Part shown: one piece after another, positions 16,532 through 24,000 of the stretch
Layout of the letters: the number at the start of each line of letters is the position of its first letter
Numbering within the stretch: position 1 is the stretch's first letter
DNA from: Bosea sp. F3-2
GTDB taxonomy: Bacteria > Pseudomonadota > Alphaproteobacteria > Rhizobiales > Beijerinckiaceae
Direction of reading: 5' to 3'
Assembly (NCBI RefSeq): GCF_008253865.1
Contig: NZ_CP042331.1
Span: 2,979,300 to 3,003,299 of the forward strand
Length of the DNA stretch: 24,000 bases
Program-made: the position numbers and the translations under genes
The notes under the pieces: generated by a model
Told to the model about the DNA's origin: nothing
Seen by the model: the letters and a program-made list of their open reading frames with translations, nothing else
The model's database searches: none

Positions 16532-16575
16532 CTCCAAGCTGAATGTCGTCGGTTCGATCCCGATCGCCCGCTCCA
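16532..16575 (+). other. 3-prime fragment of tRNA-Gly(UCC), anticodon loop through CCA, serving as an attR-like integration-site remnant. It is not a functional tRNA.
   Basis: The sequence CTCCAAGCTGAATGTCGTCGGTTCGATCCCGATCGCCCGCTCCA has the following parts. 3-prime anticodon stem GCTGA. T-arm GTCGG-TTCGATC-CCGAT. Acceptor 3-prime strand CGCCCGC, discriminator U and CCA. These fit Gly identity elements (U73, C2:G71, G3:C70). No complementary GCGGGCG 5-prime acceptor or D-arm lies upstream, where the integrase ATG at 16525 begins instead. Confidence 0.75.
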
Positions 16576-16862
16576 AATTTCCTTGAAGCTTCAGCTTGTT
16601 ATGGCGGTCCGCCGCTAAACTCGCGTTCCCCGCGTTTCCTATCGGGTTCCCCAGCCTGTTCAGTGGCTGTTCTGCTCGCCGTGAAGCGCGACTCGCACCT
16701 GCGCGACCTTGCGGCTCTAGCCGGCCGCTCCGCGCGAATTGCGGGCCGTCATCGTCACCTGGGTATGGCCGAGGGAACCGCCCATATTGGCGACAAGGTC
16801 TGAGGCTGCCGGCCACAGGTGCATGACGGTTCGAGGCGTTCTGCGCCTTCATAGAAACGCGT

Positions 16863-16958
16863 GTCATCCCGGACGGAGCGAAGCGGAGATCCGGGATCCA
16901 TGCCTGAACTTTTATCGAAAGCGCTCAGGCATGGATCCCGGGTCAAGCCCGGGATGAC
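16863..16958. repeat. REP/MITE-like long imperfect palindrome
   Basis: Outer arms are GTCATCCCGG / CCGGGATGAC. Inner arms are TCCGGGATCCATGCCTGA / TCAGGCATGGATCCCGGG (17 of 18 paired). It lies 30 nt downstream of the deaminase stop. Confidence 0.6.
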
Positions 16959-16987
16959 GGCTCGGTTCCGCGCGCGGTCGAGGCAGG

Positions 16988-17461
16988 CTAGCCTACCGCC
17001 GTCTGGCGCCGCTTCCACTCCGCATAGAGATCGGGTTCGTCTTCGAGGCGGACGGGCACATGGCTGATCTTCATCGACTGTTCGGCGATAGGTTTCGCCA
17101 GATCGGCATAGATCGCCGCCGTCGAGAGCCCATAGGGCGCGCCGTCATCGTTGGAGTAGGCGTAGTAGACCTCGCTCACGCCGGAGAGCCGCATCGCGGC
17201 CATGCACATCGGGCAGGGATGACCGCTGGCGTAGACTGCGCAACCCGAGAGGTTGGGCGAGCCGAGCTTGCGGCTCGCCGCGCGCAGCGCCGTCAGCTCG
17301 GCATGGGCGGTGGGATCGTTGGTGGCGATGATCTCGTTGACGCCGGTGGCGACCACCTCGCCGCCCCTCACCACGACGGCGCCAAATGGACGGCCGCCCT
17401 TCTCCATATTGGCCTTGGCGAGTTCGATCGCCTCGCAGAGAAAGCGCTGCGTCTGGCTCAT
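16988..17461 (-). CDS. CMP/dCMP-type zinc deaminase, guanine deaminase (GuaD)-like
   Basis: The HAE...PCPMC zinc motif is present, with colinear similarity to B. subtilis GuaD as I recall it (GGPFGAV, NDPTAHAE). GAAGAGG RBS. Confidence 0.85.
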   Translation of the reverse strand: MSQTQRFLCEAIELAKANMEKGGRPFGAVVVRGGEVVATGVNEIIATNDPTAHAELTALRAASRKLGSPNLSGCAVYASGHPCPMCMAAMRLSGVSEVYYAYSNDDGAPYGLSTAAIYADLAKPIAEQSMKISHVPVRLEDEPDLYAEWKRRQTAVG

Positions 17462-17472
17462 GTTCGACCTCT

Positions 17473-18144
17473 TCAGCGGGCGCCGGCGGCGCGCAGGATC
17501 TGCTCGATCCTGGCGTAGCCGCGGCTGCGTGCGTGCTGGAGCGGGGTGACGCCGTCGCGGTCGGCGAGGTTCACATTCGCCCCGGCGGCGATCAGATCCG
17601 TGACGATCTGCTGATGCGCCTGCCCGCCATCGCTGAGAATGATCGCCTCGAGGAGCCCGGTCCAGCCGAGATTGTTGACGTGGTCGACAGCGACGCCGGC
17701 TGCGATCAGCGTGCGGACCGTCTCGACATGGCCGCGCTCGCAGGCCGGGATCAGGGCTGTGCCGCCGTAACGGTTGGTGCTCTTGAGGTCAGCGCCATGC
17801 GCCAGCGTCAGCTTCAGGATGGCGAGGTGGCCGCGCGCCCCGGCATAGAGATAGGGGCTGTCGTTGATCGCATCCTTCGCGTTCACGTTCGCGCCGGCCT
17901 CGATCAACGCCTTGGCCGCGTTGACGTGGTTCTCGTGGGTGGCCGCCAGCAGGGCAGTGCGTCCCCGCGCATCGCGTGCGTCGATGGCGGCACCTTCGGC
18001 GAGAAGGCGCTTGATCGCGGCAACGTCGTCGCGAGCCGCGGCGGCATGAAGGCTGGAGTCGGTCATGGTCTGTCCGAAGGCTGGCTGCGGGCAGAAGGCC
18101 AGCAGAAGAAGGATGAAGGCAATGATCGGCGACGGTCTGGACAA
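17473..18144 (-). CDS. Secreted ankyrin-repeat protein, 223 aa
   Basis: TTG start with AAGGAG 8 nt upstream. Signal peptide (SRPSPIIAFILLLLAFCPQPAFGQT). It contains several ANK repeats (G..ALL.A...GH...V..LI.AGA.VN). The longer 506-aa track ORF is an Arg-rich extension overlapping the EamA gene. Confidence 0.8.
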   Translation of the reverse strand: MSRPSPIIAFILLLLAFCPQPAFGQTMTDSSLHAAAARDDVAAIKRLLAEGAAIDARDARGRTALLAATHENHVNAAKALIEAGANVNAKDAINDSPYLYAGARGHLAILKLTLAHGADLKSTNRYGGTALIPACERGHVETVRTLIAAGVAVDHVNNLGWTGLLEAIILSDGGQAHQQIVTDLIAAGANVNLADRDGVTPLQHARSRGYARIEQILRAAGAR

Positions 18145-18260
18145 CCGCTCATCTCCTTGACGCGCGAAAGGCGTTATCGCGCGAAGCTGCGCTTCGATTG
18201 CCGAACCCGCAGGCAAAATACCGCCTGCATCAGATAGGAACTGCGTCGCCCGTCCGAAAA

Positions 18261-19223
18261 TTAAATATTCGGATACTGTCCAGTGGCTTTCCGAATGAAC
18301 GCAGGCATCGTCAAGCGCGACTGGCCGGGGACCATGATCGCCCCGGAGGCCGCAATCACCAGAGCGAGGCCGAGCCAGTCGGTCGGCGTTGGCCGCTCGC
18401 CCAGCAGCAGCACCGAGCCGAGTACACCGACCGCCGGAACCATCAGCGTGCCGAGGCTGGCGATGCTGGCCGGCAGGCGCGCCACCACCGTGAACCAGAG
18501 GAAATAGGCGAGCGCCTGCGCACCGACGATGTGGAAGCTCAGCGCCACCGTTACGCGCGGCGACAGCAGCTTCGGCACCGGCAGGCCCTCGAAGGCGAAC
18601 ATGCCGATGCCGGCGACGAGCCCGCCGATCAGCAATTGCCAGGCGGCGATGGTGAGCGCCGGGGCCGAGACCGGCCAGCGCTTGGTCACGATCGTGCCGA
18701 GCGCCCAGCTCACCGCTGCGAACAGCGCCAGCATCAGGCCGAAGGGGAGTTGCCCGGCCGCGATCAGCGGCAGGCCGAGGCAGAGCAGGCCGGCGATGCC
18801 GAAAGCGAGACCGGCAAGGCGCCGGCCGTCGAAAGCCTCGCTCAGCACGAGGCGTGCGAGCAGCGTCGCCCAGATCGGCATGGTGAAGGTCAAGATCGCG
18901 GCGCGCGAGGTCGGCGCCGCGAGCTGCGCGAAAGCGAGCAGCACGTTGAAGGCGGCGATCGAGAGGAAGCCGGCAACGACGAGGCGCAGCCATTGTCCGC
19001 GCGGCACCGCGAGCGGGACGCCGCGCGCGAGCGCGACGGCGACGAGGACGAGCCCGGCGAAGCTCATGCCGGCGGCGCGCAGCGTCCAGGGCGCGATCTC
19101 GGTCAGCGAGATGCGGACCGCTGGCCAGTTGAAGCCCCAGAGCAGGCCGAGCAGCGGGACCAGCAGGAGCGCCCTGCCCGGCGCCGGCGCGCTCAAGCGT
19201 CGAGGCTTTCGAGGCCGCACCAT
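18261..19223 (-). CDS. EamA/DMT-family transporter
   Basis: About 10-TM polytopic protein with duplicated EamA-like halves. An alternative start is the TTG at 19196, which overlaps the upstream stop (cTTGAg), giving a translational-coupling geometry. Confidence 0.8.
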   Translation of the reverse strand: MVRPRKPRRLSAPAPGRALLLVPLLGLLWGFNWPAVRISLTEIAPWTLRAAGMSFAGLVLVAVALARGVPLAVPRGQWLRLVVAGFLSIAAFNVLLAFAQLAAPTSRAAILTFTMPIWATLLARLVLSEAFDGRRLAGLAFGIAGLLCLGLPLIAAGQLPFGLMLALFAAVSWALGTIVTKRWPVSAPALTIAAWQLLIGGLVAGIGMFAFEGLPVPKLLSPRVTVALSFHIVGAQALAYFLWFTVVARLPASIASLGTLMVPAVGVLGSVLLLGERPTPTDWLGLALVIAASGAIMVPGQSRLTMPAFIRKATGQYPNI

Positions 19224-20482
19224 TCGGCGACGAAGAGCGCCATGGTGCCGGTGATGCGCTTCAGCGAGGCGAGGCTGACGCGCTCGTCGAAGGCGTGGAT
19301 GTTCTCCGAGATCGGGCCGTAGCAGAGCGCCGGGATCTTGTCGTAGAGCGCATGCACGCGGGTATCGAGATAGCCCGCCGTCATGAAGCTCTTCAGCGGC
19401 TTGCCGGTCGATGCCTGATGGGCGCGGCCCAGCGCGACCTCCGCCTCGCTGCCGGGCTCCAGCACGTAGCCTTCCGAATAGAAGCCGTTAAAGCTGACGC
19501 GCGGCGGGTTGTTGGCAAGGAACTTGTCGCCGCGCGCGAAACTGAGCACACAAGCCTCGATGCGCTTGGCCAATTCCTCGGCGCTGACGCCGGGATAGAG
19601 CCCGATACGGCAGTCGATCCGACACCAGCACGGCACGGAGGAGGCCCAGTCGCCGCCCTCGATCTTGCCGATGTTCAAGTTGATCGGGTGAGCGATGTCC
19701 TCGAAATGCGCCCGCCCCGCCTTCTCGCGGTTGAGCTCCTCCTCCAGTTCACGCAGGGCGCCGACGACGCGATAGGCCGCGTCGATAGCGTTGGCGCCGG
19801 AGGCCATCTCGCGCACATGCATCGGCTTGCCGCGCACCTCGACCTGGAACCAGATCACGCCAGTGTTGGCGCGCACCAGCATCTCCTCCTCGGGCTCCGG
19901 GATCAGCACGGCATCGGCCTTGTAGCCGCGCAGATGCGTCATCAGCGCCCCGTTACCGGTCGATTCCTCCTCGACCACCGACTGGACGTAGACGGTCGCC
20001 GCCGGCTGCATGCCGATGCGCCGGAGCGCGTCGAGGCAGGCGAGGTTCGCGGCATGCCCCGCCTTCATGTCGGCGGCGCCGCGGCCATACATCCAGTCGC
20101 CGTCGATGACGGGATCAAAGGGCGGATGCGTCCACTGGTCGGCAGGACCGGTCGGCACCACGTCGACATGGGCCTGCAGGATCAGCGACCGGCCCTTCTC
20201 CGCGCGCGGATGATGGATGCCGACAACGATCGGCGCATCGGAATGCGTGTCGGCGAAGGGCGCGCCGCCGGGATGGGCCGCGATCGCCGCGCGGTCCATG
20301 GCGAAGCGGTCCATGGTCAGGCCGCGCTGCTTCATCGCACGGAAGATGAAATCCTGGACCGTATGCTCCTGTCCGCGCACCGAGCCGAAGCGCACGAGCT
20401 CCTGCGTGTAGGCGACCTGCTTGTCGAAGCCCGCCTCGACGGCGGCGAGGATTTTTTCGCGAAGGGCGGCGTCGAGGGGCAC
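19193..20482 (-). CDS. M20-family metallo-deacylase (ArgE/DapE/acetylornithine deacetylase-like)
   Basis: 429-aa ORF with LQAHVDVVP, YGRGAADMKAG and VVEEESTGNG motifs characteristic of M20 peptidases. Confidence 0.85.
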   Translation of the reverse strand: MPLDAALREKILAAVEAGFDKQVAYTQELVRFGSVRGQEHTVQDFIFRAMKQRGLTMDRFAMDRAAIAAHPGGAPFADTHSDAPIVVGIHHPRAEKGRSLILQAHVDVVPTGPADQWTHPPFDPVIDGDWMYGRGAADMKAGHAANLACLDALRRIGMQPAATVYVQSVVEEESTGNGALMTHLRGYKADAVLIPEPEEEMLVRANTGVIWFQVEVRGKPMHVREMASGANAIDAAYRVVGALRELEEELNREKAGRAHFEDIAHPINLNIGKIEGGDWASSVPCWCRIDCRIGLYPGVSAEELAKRIEACVLSFARGDKFLANNPPRVSFNGFYSEGYVLEPGSEAEVALGRAHQASTGKPLKSFMTAGYLDTRVHALYDKIPALCYGPISENIHAFDERVSLASLKRITGTMALFVAEWCGLESLDA

Positions 20483-20502
20483 GGCAGGCTCCGATAGGCG
20501 TC

Positions 20503-20592
20503 ATGGTCGGGCTTGACCCGACCATCTCGTAAACCAGTGTCATCTCGTCATGAGATTCTCGGGTCTGCGCTGCGCTTCGCCCGAGAATGACG
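20503..20592. repeat. REP-like hairpin pair in the intergenic region
   Basis: The first hairpin is ATGGTCGGG-CTTGA-CCCGACCAT (20503-20525). The second has ATTCTCGGG (20555-20563) paired with CCCGAGAAT (20580-20588), with flanking CGTC/GACG. The first hairpin recurs at 23142-23164. Confidence 0.6.
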
Positions 20593-20604
20593 GCGAGCAC
20601 ACCA

Positions 20605-22208
<1,604 letters not shown>

Positions 22209-22212
<4 letters not shown>

Positions 22213-23045
22213 TCGCGCCCCCTAGCGAGACGCGGGTTCAGGGCATCGTTCAGCCCCTCGCCGGCGAGATTGAGCGCCAGCACGGTCAGGAAGATCGCGA
22301 AGCCGGGGAAGAAGCTGATCCACCAGGCGTCGAGCAGGCGCGTGCGGCCGGCGCCGACCATATAGCCCCAGCTCATCAGGTTGGGATCGCCGAGGCCGAG
22401 AAAGGACAGCGAACTTTCGAGCAGGATCGCCGAGCCGATCATCAGCGAGCCCATGACGATGATCGGTGCGATGGTGTTGGGCAGGACCTGGCTGAAGATG
22501 ATGCGCGGCGTCGACTGGCCGATGGTCACCGCCGCCTGGACGTATTCGCGGGAGCGCAGCGAGAGCACTTCGCCGCGCACCAGCCGCGCTACCGGCGGCC
22601 AGCTCACCACCCCGATCGCGAGCACGATCGAGCCGAGCTGCGGCTGCAGGATCGCGACCAGCACGATGGCGAGCGCGAAGGACGGAATGGTCTGGAAGAA
22701 CTCGGTGAAGCGCATCAGCGCGTCGTCAGTGAGCCCGCCGGCATAGCCGGCGATCGCGCCCAGCGGCACGCCGATCACCAGCGCGACCAGCGTCGAGACC
22801 ACGCCGATCATCAACGAGACCCGCGCGCCATGGACGAGGCCAGCGGCGAGATTGCGGCCCAGCGTATCGGTGCCGAGCGGGAAACGCTCGATCGTGAAGG
22901 GCGCGAGGAAGGGCCGCGCCACCGGGCGCCAAGGCGATTGCGGATAGAGCGTCGGCGCCAGGATCGCGAAGGCGACGACGGCGAGCAGGATGACGATGCC
23001 GATGACGGCGCCGCGGTTGCGGACGAAGCGCTTGAGGAAGTTCAT
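22209..23045 (-). CDS. ABC transporter permease (DppC/OppC-like)
   Basis: 278-aa polytopic ORF with the binding-protein-dependent transport EAA-type region (SREYVQAAVTIGQSTPRIIFSQVLPN). Confidence 0.9.
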
Positions 23046-23080
23046 GAAAGCGCCTCCGGCCCGATGACGCGCCCGACATC

Positions 23081-23164
23081 ATGCTCGCCCTTGTGGCGAG
23101 CATCCACGTCTTGGGCACGGTCTTCGGCGAATGAAGACGTGGATGGTCGGGACAGGCCCGACCA
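23081..23164. repeat. REP-like cluster of three consecutive hairpins between the two permease genes
   Basis: The three hairpins are TGCTCGCC-CTTGT-GGCGAGCA (23081-23101), ATCCACGTCTT...AAGACGTGGAT (23101-23143) and ATGGTCGGG-ACAGG-CCCGACCAT (23142-23164). Confidence 0.65.
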
Positions 23165-23181
23165 TGACGGGAAGGGCCTCT

Positions 23182-24000
23182 TCATGCATTCGCCTCGATG
23201 CGCGGATCGACGACCCGGTAGATCAGATCGGTGAGGATGTTGAAGCAGACGACCATTGCCGATGAGATGAAGAAGACGCCGAGCAGCACGGAATAGTCGC
23301 GCTGGACCAGCGCATCGAACATCAGCCGGCCGATGCCGGGCCAGGCGAAGACGGTCTCGGTCAATACGGCGCCGCCGACGAGCTGGCCCGCCTGCAGGCC
23401 GGCCAACGTCACCACCGGCAGAATGGCGTTGCGCGCCACGTGCCGGCGCCAGACGCGGGGCTGCGAGACGCCCTTGGCGCGCGCCGTCTTGACGAAGTCG
23501 GCGCCCGCCACCTCCAGCATCGAGGCGCGCATCATCCGGGCGTAGAGCGCAGTGAAGAACAGGCCGAGCGTCAGCGACGGCAGGACGAGATGCTGGGCGA
23601 TATCGAGCGCGCGGGACAGCCCGGTATAGTTCGCGCCGATGGTCTCGTAGCCGACATTGGGCACGATCCCGAGCTTCAGCGCAAAGACGATCTGGCTCAT
23701 CAGCGCGATCCAGAACAGCGGCGTCGCGTAGAAGATCAGCGCGAGCGTGGTGATCAGGCTGTCCGACCATTTTCCGGCCCGGCGCGCGGCGAGCGCGCCC
23801 ATCGCGGTGCCGACCACGAGCGAGACCAGGAAGGCCGCACCGGTCAAAAGCAGCGTCGCCGGCAGGCGCTCCATGATCAGGTTGAGCACCGGCTGCTGCT
23901 GGCGGTAGCTGAAGCCGAGATCGAAGCTCAGATAGCCCTTCAGATAGATCCAGAGCTGGGTCAGGAAGGGCTGATCGAGGCCGAAGCGGGCGCGCAGCTG
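23182..24000 (-). CDS. ABC transporter permease (DppB/OppB-like), 5-prime partial; continues past the window end
   Basis: The frame stays open from 23889 to 24000 (...QLRARFGLDQPFLTQLWIYLKGYLSFDLGFSYRQQQPVLNLIMERLP...), which is typical of the N-terminal half of DppB-type permeases. The M at 23889 in the track is an internal GTG. Confidence 0.9.
   Translation of the reverse strand, partial: QLRARFGLDQPFLTQLWIYLKGYLSFDLGFSYRQQQPVLNLIMERLPATLLLTGAAFLVSLVVGTAMGALAARRAGKWSDSLITTLALIFYATPLFWIALMSQIVFALKLGIVPNVGYETIGANYTGLSRALDIAQHLVLPSLTLGLFFTALYARMMRASMLEVAGADFVKTARAKGVSQPRVWRRHVARNAILPVVTLAGLQAGQLVGGAVLTETVFAWPGIGRLMFDALVQRDYSVLLGVFFISSAMVVCFNILTDLIYRVVDPRIEANA

Larger units (their letters stand above)
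2775..16575. mobile_element. Decayed integrative genomic island. The right end is defined by the integrase pseudogene plus the tRNA-Gly 3-prime fragment. The left end is undefined and may lie beyond the window.
   Basis: GC and codon style drop abruptly after hpaI. Most ORFs are hypothetical. The integrase and att-like tRNA fragment sit at 15283-16575. No second copy of the att core or intact tRNA-Gly is seen to the left. Confidence 0.5.

Noticed and set aside
16490-16575. Possible complete tRNA gene
   Set aside because: Only the anticodon loop through CCA can be folded. There is no GCGGGCG 5-prime acceptor strand, D-arm or 5-prime anticodon stem, and the integrase ATG occupies that space. 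I call it a fragment, not a tRNA gene.
17473-18993. 506-aa version of the ankyrin ORF
   Set aside because: The N-terminal roughly 280 codons are Arg/Pro/Ala junk and overlap the EamA gene in another frame. A TTG at 18144 with an AAGGAG RBS gives a clean signal peptide followed by the ANK repeats.
17386-20497. Plus-strand ORFs 17386..18237, 18198..19322, 18529..19254 and 19295..20497
   Set aside because: All are antisense shadows of the ankyrin, EamA and M20 genes. Their composition is low-complexity and Arg/Glu/Asp-rich.

Overview
High-GC window, probably from an alphaproteobacterium (Rhizobiales-like; inferred from protein families and REP-type repeats, not from any search). It has three parts. 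(1) 1-2774: an AT-rich leader with two palindromic operator-like sites, then a plus-strand aromatic-catabolism operon of an intradiol ring-cleavage dioxygenase, an HpaH/HpcG-type hydratase and an HpaI/HpcH-type aldolase. (2) About 2775-16575: an accessory region with visibly lower GC, made up mostly of small hypothetical secreted or membrane proteins. The few recognisable families are an STM3941/PH-like membrane protein, DUF1003, DUF1236, a TMD-only SbmA/BacA-like transporter and an AI-2E transporter. It ends on the right with a tyrosine integrase that carries two frameshifts, including one just before the catalytic Tyr. The integrase abuts a 3-prime fragment of tRNA-Gly(UCC) running from the anticodon loop to CCA. 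I read this as the attR side of a decayed integrative island whose left end and intact tRNA are not in the window. (3) 16576-24000: minus-strand housekeeping-type genes (GuaD-like deaminase, secreted ankyrin-repeat protein, EamA/DMT transporter, M20 ArgE/DapE-family deacylase, fused double-ATPase and two permeases of a Dpp/Opp-type ABC importer), interspersed with REP-like nested hairpins. I found no CRISPR array, rRNA, intact tRNA, transposase or recognisable defence, toxin-antitoxin or secretion system. I cannot demonstrate a complete novel system from sequence alone. The best leads are a co-directional ORFan array (2932-6681), an orphan strong intrinsic terminator behind about 270 nt of ORF-poor sequence (candidate sRNA, 9233-9531), a 30-nt hairpin motif present twice with strand-specific G-U compensation, and a signal-peptide module shared by two otherwise unrelated island proteins. 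Many long ORFs in the track are antisense shadows of real genes and were rejected.
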